From contig CM059433.1 of the NCBI GenBank assembly GCA_030390025.1, positions 28,398,001-28,462,000 on the forward strand: a stretch of DNA of 64,000 nucleotides. Direction: 5' to 3'. The translations under genes and the position numbers were made by a program. The notes below the pieces were generated by a model. That model was given only the letters and a program-made list of their open reading frames with translations. It was not told the DNA's origin and ran no database searches. Every line of letters begins with the position of its first letter. Position 1 is the first letter of the stretch. Shown here piece by piece: positions 49,669-60,530 of the stretch. The stretch is from Squalus acanthias (taxonomy: Eukaryota).

Positions 49669-50652
49669 CTTGCTTAAGATACTTTTGCTGAAGAAATCCA
49701 CTCTGATGCATAGGCTTTTTTGTGTTTGGCAAGATTCGAACACAAGTTACATGTATAACGACTGGAAAACTTTTACAGATCTATAAATGCTATTTTTGTA
49801 TTTATAGTGTGTCGTCTTAGTGTAATTTGAAATCTTGGTGAATGGTTCAGTGCTTTCAGCTAACTGGGACTTGTTTCAAATCGACTGGGGCAGGTAATTA
49901 AGTGATTTTTTCTATACTGTATACGAGTGTTGAGACTTTGAAATGCCTTGCTGTCAACAGGGTCTGCTCGCGTGTTGTACCTATTGCATCGGTTTCAAAT
50001 CTGATTAAGAGGGACACTGTTTTAGGTAACAATCTGAGCCTATCATACAATATTCCTTTCATGAAGAGAGCAATAAGCAATGGAGTGTGAAAAGCTCAGC
50101 GTGAGGCCAACTTTTTGCACTTCAAAGGGTATTCTTGCTGCCTTGTACAAAATGTCAAAGAATCTGCAAAGTTGCAAGTTCTTGAGTAAATTACTTTGCG
50201 GTAGTCATAGTAAAAAGCAACCAGGGTGTTCATTATTTCCAGCAGCAGCTGCTAAGGTCAAGAAATTGTTGCCTTCTGTTGATCATGCCTACTTTGGAAG
50301 CGATCTTATTAGTTAGTCCATATGGTTGTCGGAACTGCTGATGGGAATCAAAACCAGACCTCTAAACGTTTGATGGTGACATCGCCCCAATCAAGTCCAT
50401 ATAATTATAAGAGAAGCTGCACGGAGCATGATTTGTAATTAAGTGCGCTGTAAGGCAGGACAACTTCCTGGGTACCAAATCAGCAGAGAGTGTCAAGCTA
50501 ACGCCATCTGACAACCAGGAGACTGCTGGAAGTGAAATTGAGCCTGTTTGATAAACCTCTTGCTATGTTAGGATAAAAAATGATGTACATGTACATACAG
50601 AACTTTAAAATGCACTGACCTAGGTCGTGTTTTGTTCTCTCCTTTAGCATTG

Positions 50653-51115
50653 GAAAAGAAAGACTTGCATTTATATAGCGCCTTTCACGACCACCGGACG
50701 TCTCAAAGTGCTTTACGGCCAATGAAGTACTTCTGAAGTGTACTCACTGTTGTAATGTGGGAAACGCGGCAGCCAATTTGCAAGCTCCCACAAACAGCAA
50801 TGTGATAATGACCAGATAATCTGTTTTTTTGTTATGTTGGTTGAGGGATAAATATTGGCCAGGACACCGGGGATAACTCCCCTGCTCTTCTTCGAAATAG
50901 TGTCATGGGATCTTTTGCATCCACCTAAGAGAGCAGACGGGGCCTCGGTTTAACGTCTCATCCGAAAGATGGCACCTCCGACAGTGCAGCACTCCCTCAG
51001 TACTGCACTGGAGTGTTAGCCTAGCTTTATGTGCTCAAGTCCCTGGAGTGGGACTTGAACCCGCAACCTTCTGACTCCAAGGCGAGTGTGCTACCCACTG
51101 AGCCACAGCTGACAC
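50653..51115 (-). mobile_element. Deu-domain tRNA-SINE, full length
   Basis: Reverse complement of the 18835/41412 family, from the tail gaaagacttgcatttatatagcgcc to the head ctgagccacagctgacac. Confidence 0.93.
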
Positions 51116-51152
51116 TTAAGGTGTTGAAGTAAATATATTATAACAATATATC

Positions 51153-52045
51153 AACCACCAAACACATCTTCCCCTCACCTCCCCTTTCAGCATTCCGAAG
51201 GGACCGCTCCCTCCGCGACACCCTGGTCCACTCCTCAATCACCCCCAACACCCCTTCTCCCGGCACCTTGCCGTGCAAGCGCAAGAGATGCAACACCTGT
51301 CCTTTTACCTCCTCCCTTCCCACTGTCCAGGGCCCCAAACACTCCTTCCAGGTGAAACAGCGATTTACTTGTACTTCTTGCAATTTAGTATACTGTATTC
51401 GCTGCTCACGATGTGGTCTCCTCTACATTGGGGAGACCAAACGCAGATTGGGTGGCCGCTTTGCGGAACACCTCCGTTCCGTCCGTAAGGGTGACCCCGA
51501 GCTTCCGGTCGCCTGTCACTTTAATTCTCTGCTCCACTCCCACTCTGACCTCTCTGTCCATGGCCTCTTACACTGTTCCAATGAAGCTCAACGTAAGCTC
51601 GAGGAACAGCACCTCATCTTTCGATTAGGCACTTTCCAGCCTTCTGGACTCAACATAGAGTTCAACAATTTGAGACCATAACCTCTGCCCCTATCATTTT
51701 TTTTCTCTCTCACATGGCAGCTGTTGATCATCCTGCCAGTGCCATTTACACTTCATCTAGAGTCATCTTTTGTTTCTTAACTTGTCCCATTACCATCTCC
51801 TTTTGCCTTGCACCATCATCCCTTCTGTTTTTTAATCTCTCCTGCCTTCCATCCTATCACAGACCTTCCCTTTTATTCTTTCCTCTCCTCCCCCCTCTCC
51901 CTGCCCCTGCACTTGCTTAAAAACCTGTTACATCTCCAACTTTTTCCAGTTCTGACGAAGGGTCATCGACCTGAAACGTTTACTCTGTTTCTCTCTACAG
52001 ATGCTGCCTGACCTGCTGAGTATTTCCAGCATTTTCTGTTTTTAT
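51153..52045 (+). mobile_element. Penelope-like element 3' part with an open GIY-YIG domain
   Basis: ORF 51268-51681 CKRKRCNTC...NLVYCIRCSRCGLLYIGETKRRL...GLNIEFNN. Confidence 0.94.
51948..51984 (+). ncRNA. Minimal hammerhead ribozyme motif
   Basis: agtt-CTGACGA-a-gggtc atc gacct-GAAA-cgtt-tact. One mismatch in helix I. Confidence 0.68.
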
Positions 52046-53992
52046 ATCATTACAAAAGAAGATTCTTAATTGTAACACCCCCACGGCAAGTGAGATTGTC
52101 CCTTTGCAGATGATCACGTTGAGCAAACACTTCGGGATGTGTTGTGAATTAATCAGCACTTGAACAAAAGTTCCCCGTTGACTGGGACTGAGTATGCCTG
52201 TGTGTTGAAGAAAGTTGGCATGTTGAATCCTTAAATGACTGCCATGTGCCTTTAGCAGGGACTGAAGCAGCATGTGAGAGGATGGACTGGTAATTACAGT
52301 GAGGAGTCATTGGTGCCTTTCATGCCCCCGTGCTTTCCATGCCCTGTTCATGTAGGAGCAGCATCTGATCCTGAGGGGGAAGAAGGATTTCATCAGTCTC
52401 GCCAGTCAGCAAGCTGACTTAATGGTAGCTGAGCACAGTATGGCATTGGTCTCAGTAAGCACAAGGGAATCTGTCGTCACTTTGCTGCCTCTCTGTTTGA
52501 AAATCCGTGTGGTTGTGGTCATTGGCCTCAATGAGTTGGCTTAAAGTGGCTGAAAGTGTAAACAAAATGTTTTATTTGTATTTGTTAGGTGTCAGGTCCA
52601 TTAATCCCACAATCTGATTAAAGTGGATAGCAGGTTTGTTTAACGTGAATTGCATTTGTCATACCATGAGCATTCTGCTCTCTTGGTTCATCGAGTTCTT
52701 TTTCCACAGGAGTGCTTCAGTGCAACTGTTGGAAGCAGCGATACACATCTCTCAGACTCATTAATGGCCTTATGTGTGCACATGTTTCCTTTCCATGTAA
52801 TTCCACCCCCTTGTACAAATTTTTGGTCCTACGCAAGCTCGTGACTTCTTCCTTCCCCTGTCCAGAATAGCTTTGTTCCCTGGAACTATCTCACCCCTTG
52901 ACCATGGACAATAGTGTTGGTACAGGAGAATAGCTACAGAATTAAACAGTCACAACCATCGGAATTAATTGACCACAATAAAGACTGATTGTTCATGTAT
53001 AGTGTCGAAATGCAAATGTTCATGAAAGCCCGAAGTAAGTTTATTTGCCCCCTGCCTTTTCTCTCCTGATCCAGTTCTCCAGTAGATAGTCATTTTTTTT
53101 TATTATTCGTTGTAAATTTTCCACCATTTTTGTCTCCTCCCCTTCTGAAAGCATTGGCATCTTTCTGGAGGATATAGTTCCACAAGTTGCCTTTATTGAT
53201 GTCTCTTAAAATACACTGACCTTGAGAACCCAACAAGGCATATTTGATTAAACTTCAGGGTACAATAACCATTTGTTAGGGTACTGGACCAGCAACCCAG
53301 AGGTCACCAGTTTAAATCTTACCATAGCAAATTGCTGAATTTAGAGGAAATTAAATAGTGAATCTGGAAAAGAAACACTGCACGATGATTTTTAATTTTC
53401 AGAAAGGCGCTTCTAGTGTAAGGTCTACCTAATATTCCCACTAATGTTTTTAAGGAGTACGTTTCCTATAGAGTAATTTATATCAAAATGAACTGCATTT
53501 ATTGTCTGAGTTTAACGTGTAGTAGACTTTTGGCATTAAGGAATCACCTTTAACTGAGGTGTTCTTCCATCATCATTGAGAGACTTTGTTCCTTTTTTCT
53601 GCCAGCTTTCTCCACTCACCTCCCTCCTCTTGTGAAGTCATTGATTCCTTGTTGGGGAGGGTACCGCAGGTGCCCCCTCTTACCTTGCCCACGTTGCCAT
53701 TCTTCATGTGAGAGTGAGAGTTGTGGGCAGGCTGTTTAACTGCAGAGAACAGCACAGTTGAGTGTCGAGGAATGGACCAATTTTCTCTCCAATCCATGTT
53801 TGGTTGCTGAGCGGCTCTATTGCCAACCAGACGACGATGAGCTAAATCAGGGCAGACTGGGGAATCAAACCTGAGACCTTCCTGATTTGTATGGTTTAGC
53901 TGCTCACTGCCCTAACCATTGGGCTGTGGGCAGCCGCCTTATTAGCAATGTGAAGCCCACGCAGCTTCTAATGAGCCTCCTTTCCCTTGCAG

Positions 53993-54065
53993 CCACGCAT
54001 ACGTTGGACAGGACTATAGTCTTCAGAGGAACGTTGGAAAGATTTCATTGGAACAGATTGACAGT
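53993..54065 (+). CDS. PRIM2: PRIM2 internal coding exon (73 nt; human exon ~9 equivalent)
   Basis: Acceptor tttcccttgcag|, donor |gtaagt. Completes the split Ser codon, then HAYVGQDYSLQRNVGKISLEQIDS, matching PRIM2 HSYTGQDYSTQGNVGKISLDQID (recalled). This frame is not in the ORF track. Confidence 0.94.
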
Positions 54066-54315
54066 GTAAGTATAGACTCCGTGTTTCTATTCCCCAGATT
54101 TCTTCTGCCTCCGAGTTACGTGGTAGTGCTTAGTAATGTCATATTCGTGCTGGTGATGCATATGTGCATGTCAATACTATTTGAAGCGACACGAGTACAT
54201 TAACTAGGTCATAAAATAGACTTTGTATTGTTTACTCCAGAATAGCAAACCTTAAAACTGTTCCTTTTGAAATGATACCTCCGTTTTAAATATAATTTGA
54301 TTTGATTTGTTTCAG

Positions 54316-54501
54316 CTGGCTGCAAAATCATACGCACCATGTATGCGTCAGTTACACAAGGCTTTACGGGATAACCATCACCTCCGACACGGTGGCCGCA
54401 TGCAGTACGGGCTTTATCTCAAGGGAATAGGCCTCACCTTGGAGCAGGCCTTGCAGTTCTGGAAGTCAGAATTTATAAGGGGAAAAGTGGATCCAGAAAA
54501 G
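54316..54501 (+). CDS. PRIM2: PRIM2 coding exon (186 nt), start of the C-terminal Fe-S domain
   Basis: Acceptor tttgtttcag|, donor |gtaatg. [62 protein letters not shown] lies within ORF 54307-54636 and carries the PCM and [15 protein letters not shown] signature of the primase large subunit. Confidence 0.97.
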
Positions 54502-55003
54502 GTAATGAGAGTACAGAATTCATCAACAAATCCCTTTCACGGGTTGAATTTTGATCAGATCATCCTGATATTGAAAATTATGCAAGAATTGTTAATCATT
54601 GCAATGACTTTTAGCAACTTTTTGAAACTAATTTGATATGCCTTTGTGTTGCTGTGGAAGAAGTTGGATTCCTAAATTTGCTTCCCTCGTAACAAAATCT
54701 GTTTTTGCTGACTTGCATGTGCACCAGGGGATCTGGCCCGTGTGTTTCTGAAATTGAAATAGATGTTGTGGATGCGTTCAATTTAAGCCTATTGAGGAAC
54801 AGGTTACTGGTACCCTGCCAGCAGCGTAACACATGTCCGCTGTATATACTGAGTAATTGCTGCAGAAAAAGTAAAGGCAGAAGGAAATGTAAGGAAGGTG
54901 ACCAAGTTTAAAAGAAAACCAGATTGCCATGTGTGTGTGACCGCTTCATGCATTACTATTTATCGACCTAGGATGTCATTGTATTCTAGCTGGATAATGT
55001 TGT

Positions 55004-56576
55004 TTCTTCTTAGGCAGTCCCTCGGACCGGAGGATGACTTGCTTCCACATTAAAAATGAGTTCGCAGGTGACTGATGAGTCCAATGCGGAACCTACAGTC
55101 TCTGTCACAGGTGGGGCAGACGGTGGTTGAAGGGGCGGGTGGGTGGGGTGCTTGGGTTGACGTGCGCTCCTTGCGCTGCCTGCGCTTGGCTTCCGCTTGC
55201 TCCCGGCGAAGAGACTCGAGGTGTTCGGCGCCTTCCCAGATGTTTCTCCTCCACTTTGTGCGGTCTTGGGCCAGGGATTCCCAGGTGTCGGTGGGGATGT
55301 TGCACTTTTTCAAGGAGGCTTTGAGGGTGTCCTTGAAGCGTTTCCTCTGCCCACCTGGGGCTCTCTTGCCGTGCCGGAGCTCCAAGTAGAGCGCTTGTTT
55401 TGGGAGTCTCGTATCGGGCATGCGGACAATGTGACCCGTCCATCGGAGCTGATCGAGCGTGGTCAAAGCTTCGATGCTGGGGATGTTGGCCTGAGCAAGA
55501 ATACTGACGTTGGTGCGCCTATCCTGCCAATGGATTTGCAGGACCTTGCGGAGGCAGCGTTGGTGGTACCTCTCCAGTGCTTTGAGGTGCCTGCTGTACA
55601 TGGTCCATGTCTCTGAGGCATACAGCAGGGCGGGTATCACTGCTGCTCTGTAGACCATGAGCTTAGTGCCGGGTTTGAGGTCCTGGTCTTCAAACACTCT
55701 CTTCCTCAGGCGACCGTAGGCTGCACTGGCACACTGAAGGCGGTGTTGGACTTCGTTGTCGACGTCTGCCCTTGTTGACAGTAGGCTCCCGAGGTATGGA
55801 AAGTGGTCCACGTTGTCCAAGGCCTTGTGGATTTTGATAATCGGGGGGGGGGCAGTACTGTGTGGCGGGGGCAGGTTGGTAGAGGACCTTTGTCTTATGG
55901 ATGTTTAGTGTAAGGCCCATGCTCTCGTACGCTTTGGTGAAGGTGTTGACGATGGTTTGGAGTTCGACCTCCGAGTGAGCGCAGACGCAAGAGTCGTCTG
56001 GACTGGAGGCGACGGAGGTTGAACAGTTTCCCGTTTGTTCTGTAAATTAACTCCACTCGTGGGGAGCTTACTGAGGGTGAGATGGAGCATTGCAGCAAGG
56101 AAGATCGAGAAGAGCGTTGGTGCGATGACACAGCCTTGCTTGACCCCGGTTCGTACGTGAATTGGGTCTGTGGTGGAACTGTTGGTCAGGATTACGGCTT
56201 GCATGGCGTCGTGAAGTAGGCGGAGGATAGTGACAAACTTTTGAGGGCAGCCGAATTTGAGGAGGACACTCCATAATCCCTCACGGTTGACAGGTGTCAA
56301 AGGCCTTTGTGAGATCAAAGAAGGCCATGTACAGCGGTTGGTGCTGTTCTCTGCATTTCTCTTGTAAGTGACGTGCGGTGAAGATCATGTCCATTGTGCC
56401 CCTTAGTGGGCGGAATCCGCATTGCGACTCTGGGAGGAGCTCTTCAGCCACTGGGAGAAGGCGATTGAGGAGGATTCTTGCGATGACTTTCCCTGTGGCA
56501 GACAGCAGGGAAACTCCTCTGTAATTACCGCAATCGGACTTGTCACCTTTCTTGAAGATGGTCACAGTTACGGCGT
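55004..56576 (-). mobile_element. RTE-clade LINE, 5'-truncated, internally deleted
   Basis: IFKKGDKSDCGNYRGVSLLS, PESQCGFRP.RGT.DMIF, FFDLTKAFD, GVKQGCVIAPTLF, FPYLGS, LLYASETW, LRWTGHIVRMPD.RLPKQ, C-terminal CxxC..HxxxH. Short (aag)n-type tail. Confidence 0.94.
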
Positions 56577-56691
56577 AGCTCTGAGTTAACTGGTAATCAT
56601 ACCATTTTTCACACGCCCTTTGCATCCAATGATTAATTAAAGTTAACTTTCAATTTTTGCACATATTAATAAGGTTATATTGATTGTAGAA

Positions 56692-57300
56692 GAATCATAG
56701 AATGATACAGCACAGAAAGAGGCCATTCGGCCCATCGTGTCTGCGCCAGCTCTTTAAAAGAGCTGTCTAATTAGTCCCACTCTTTTTGACTATTTGGGTG
56801 ACCCTTAGTGTTAGGGGGGGGATTAAATATGTGGGGTTATGGGGATAGGATGGGATATGTTGGGGGGAATTAAATACGTGGGGTTACGGGGGTAGGGTGG
56901 GATATGTGTACTGTGGGGATTAAAGCAGGGACAGGGTACTGGATTTGGATGATCAGCCATGATCGTATTGAATGGTGGAGCAGGCTCGATGGGCCGAATG
57001 GCCTACTCCTGCTCCTAGATTCTATGTTTATGTTTCACTCCCCTGCCCATTCCCCAAAGCTTTGCAAAATTTTTCCCCCTTAAAGTATTTATCTAATTCC
57101 CTTTTGAAAGTTACGATTGAATCTGCTTCCCCCACCCTTTCAGGTAGTGCGTTCCAGCTCATCATAACTCGCTGTGTAAAAAAAAAAATTATCCTGATCT
57201 CCCCTCTGGCTCGTTTGCCAATTACCTTGAATCTGGGTCCCTTGGCTACTGACTTTCTGCCACTGGAAACAGTTTCTCCTTATCTACTCTTATCATTTAT
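56692..57300. mobile_element. CR1 3' fragment (-) with a nested + strand HE1-like SINE/CR1 tail (~56790-57033)
   Basis: The minus-strand CR1 tail breaks at cccactc and resumes at cactcccc. The insert has a duplicated ggggg.attaaata.gtggggtta.gggg.tagg.tgggatatgt unit and a CR1-type end. Confidence 0.72.
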
Positions 57301-57486
57301 AATATATCATTTGGAGTTGAGTATCTATCTAAACCAGTTTTAAATGATTTGAAGATAAACTCTGACGTTTGTCAATTAGGCCAAAGTTCTAATCAAAAAC
57401 TAAAAATATTCAACTTCAGTTATTAAATTGCGCACATAGTCAAAGCTATTGTACCAAGAACGCATTCTTTAAAACATGGCCTAAAT

Positions 57487-58000
57487 CAGGGATGGACAAC
57501 TATTTGGGCTGGAAGGCCACTTAAGTTTTGGTGAGCTGTTGAGGGCCGCACACTAATGTTCCCCCTAAAGTGCGTGGTCGCACACCAATCGCGAGGTCCC
57601 GCGCAGGCAGTTCACCAGCTCCTGCCGCTGGAAGAGATACTGCGCATGCAAATTTAAAGGGACTGCGCACGAAAAAAAATTAGAGGGAACATTGCATAAA
57701 CGTAAAATCAGATCGTAGTCAGATACTATCTTAAACACACAAAATGTAGTGTAAAATAGTAAAATCTTCCGTTATTAAATGATTGATGGATCGATTACTT
57801 GTTACGTGGCTCGAGTCTGCAGGGCCTCCAACGCGAAAGGTCTTTCCTTTTTAGTGTGCTAAATATGGGAGCCAGAGGCTACCAAAGGCCTGAACTACTA
57901 CAGTGTGCGATTACCTGGAGTCCTTGTGCTCCGGGATCCACTCCCGTGTCTTAAGATGCCGATGAGAACTCCCCTGCCGTCGTACTCTGGCCCGCCCCTG
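57487..58000. mobile_element. hAT (Charlie/MER58-like) non-autonomous element
   Basis: TIRs cagggatggacaa / ggcccgcccctg. 8-bp TSD gcctaaat / acctaaat (7 of 8 match). Confidence 0.75.
57554..57694. mobile_element. hAT-type MITE (family of 1930), nested in the Charlie-like element
   Basis: TIRs taatgttccccctaa / ttagagggaacattg. TSD not preserved. Confidence 0.78.
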
Positions 58001-58115
58001 ACCTAAATCATTTGTGTTATTTTTTTATTACAGTTCCTTGTTTCTCCATAAAACTTGTAGCTGAGATAAAATGGCGAGGAAATAAAACATTTAAAATCAA
58101 GATTAAATTACAGGC

Positions 58116-58259
58116 CAATGTTCCCACTAGCGGCCTGAGGTCCCACGCAGGCCGCTCACTGGCTTTTCAATGGGAATAACCGCATGCACGAAAATTTGAA
58201 TGGGCCGCACAGCCAGTTAAAGGGCCCGCGCACCTAAAAAAAAATTACAGGGAACATTG
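58116..58259. mobile_element. hAT-type MITE (family of 1930)
   Basis: TIRs caatgttccc / gggaacattg. Exact 8-bp TSD ttacaggc at 58108-58115 and 58260-58267. Confidence 0.88.
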
Positions 58260-58591
58260 TTACAGGCCTAGATTTTTTTTTCCCCGAAAGCTGTTTCCTC
58301 ATATTCGTTTGAATTGTCACTATTAAATTATATAAGGAAATTAAATAAGATGGTTAAAATGTTTATTTATATACTTGTCAATTGCCTGTGGAATAGCACA
58401 TGGGATTTGGAGACCAAGTGTGGTCCTGAAGTGAAGTGGGTTAAATGATGGGGGTAATTGGACCAGGGTAGGCAGATGGAATTCACCATTTTAAAATCAT
58501 ACGCGCTGTCCTCCTCCTTATCTTCCATTATAAATTCCCGTAGGGCTTCCATTGGTTGGGGGGTTTAAGTACAGCTTGGCAAGTTTATATG

Positions 58592-59150
58592 GAAAGAAAA
58601 GAAAAACTTGTATTTATACCGTGCCTTTCACAACCTCAGGACGTCCCAAAGTGCTTGACGGCCAATTAAGTACTTTTGAAGTGTAATCACTGTGGCAATG
58701 CAGGAAACGTGGCAGCCAATTTGCTCACAGCAAGGTCCCACAAACAGCAGTGTGATAATGACCAGATAATCAGCTTTAGTGATGTTGGTTGAGGGATAAA
58801 TATTGGCCAGGAGAACTCCCCTGCTCTTCTTCAAAATGGTGCCATGGGATCTTTTACATCAAATTGAGAGGACAGACGGTGCCTCTGTTTAACGTTTCAT
58901 CTAAAAGACGGCGCCTCCGACAGTACAGCATTCCCTCAGTACTGCACTGGAGTGTCAGCCTGGATTTTATGCTGAAGCAGATTATCTGGTTATTATCACA
59001 TCGCTGTTTGTGGGAGCTTGCTGTGCGCAAATTGGCTGCCACGTTTCCTACATTACAAAAGTGACTACACCTCAAAAGTACTTAATTGGCTATAAAGCAC
59101 TTTGGGGCGTCCTGAACTTGTGAAAGGCACGATATAAATCTTGTTCTTTC
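58592..59150. mobile_element. Deu-domain SINE fold-back (- arm 58592-58973, + arm 58975-59150)
   Basis: The 3' third of the SINE is present twice in inverted orientation with the tails facing outward. Confidence 0.88.
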
Positions 59151-59654
59151 CTATTTCCAGCCCTATTTCCAGTACAATGCTGTATCCCTAGGCCACAGTA
59201 AAAGGCCTAGGACACCAAATCAGGGGGTGTAGGACAAGCTGGACAGGTGAAGCACGCTTCTGATGCACTCTGTCCTGCTCCTGGACAAGGGAAGGAGGAA
59301 TACGGGGGCCCAGATCTATGCCCGGGCATTTGTCTGCAAGCCATTCTTTTCACCAAATAAATATTTGCTTTGAAAATTTTCATCTCTAGCACCATTTATT
59401 TTTTTTCAAATGCAAACTTCTTATATTGCTGTAGTTTGTCCAATTGCAAAACAGTGGGAGGTATTGACTTTCAATGCAGCTCCTGAAGGAAGGCTCCCAG
59501 CTGTATTTCTGGGACTAAAAATGTATTATATTGGTTATATATTTTAAGAAATGTTCTGATGTAGGGTCACAGCAAAAGCACCTTTCTTTCAGATGTATGT
59601 TAATTGGCTTTTTGAGTTTTTTTGTTTCTGTTTCTGGGAGAACATTAGAGAATT

Positions 59655-60530
59655 TCGAAATAAAAACAGAAAATGCTGGAATTGGAAAATACTGAGCAGG
59701 TCCGAGAGAGAAACGGAGTTACCGTTTCAGATCGGTGACTTTTCATCAGAACTGGAAGAAGTTAGAGATTTAACAGTTCATAAGCAAGTACAGAGGCAGG
59801 GAAAGGGTGGGGGGAGGGGAGCAAAGAACAAAAGGGGAAGGTCTGTGATAGGGTGGAAGGCAGGAGTGACAAAAGGGATGATGGTGCAAGGCAAAAGGGG
59901 ATGGTAATGGGGCAAGTAAAGAAATAAAAATAAAAACAGAAAATGGCTGAGCATTTCCAGCAATCAGGCAGCATCTGTGGAGAGAGAAACAGAGTTAACG
60001 TTTCAGGTTGATGACCTTTCGTCAGAACTGAAACGTTAACTCTGTTTCTCTCTCCACAGATTCTGCCTGACCTCAGCATTTTCTGTGTTTATTTCAGATT
60101 TCCTGCATCTGCAGTATTTTACTTTTGTAAAGTAACAAAAGATAGGTCCAGAGGAGGTGTAAATGGACAACAGCACAACTATTGCCAGCATCTGCTGGCC
60201 AAGAAAATGGCAGCAGTGGTTATGATTTGAAATTGTTGAACTCAATGTTGAGTCCAGAAGGCTGTAAAGTGCCTAATTGATAGATCAGTTATTGTTCCTC
60301 GAGCTTCCGTTGAGCTATTCTTTCTGACCCTCCCCTCTTTCTCCTGGCTCTGCACTTGCTTAAAAACCGTTAAATCTCCAACTTATTTCAATTCTGACGA
60401 AAGGTCATCGACCTGAAACATTAACACTGTTTCTCTCTCCACAGATGCTGCCTGACCCGCTGAGTATTTCCAGCAGTTCCTTTTTTAGTTATTAGATTTC
60501 TAGCATCCGCAATATTTAGCTTGTGTATTA
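59655..60530. mobile_element. Rearranged cluster of Penelope terminal repeats; hammerhead motifs at ~59717-59753 (-, degenerate), 59993-60029 (-) and ~60390-60426 (+)
   Basis: pLTR pieces in both orientations, plus a GIY-YIG C-terminal remnant at 60220-60315 (-). Confidence 0.86.

Noticed and set aside
51268..51681. Open Cys-rich GIY-YIG ORFs as a domesticated nuclease gene
   Set aside because: Several near-identical truncated copies with terminal repeats; typical Penelope 3' fragments with no promoter or splice support.
54502..54636. ORF 54307-54636 continuing as VMRVQNSS...
   Set aside because: PRIM2 similarity stops at the GT donor (54502); the rest is intron read-through.
55075..55616. 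Overlapping + strand ORFs of 104-139 aa
   Set aside because: Antisense shadows of the GC-rich RTE ORF.
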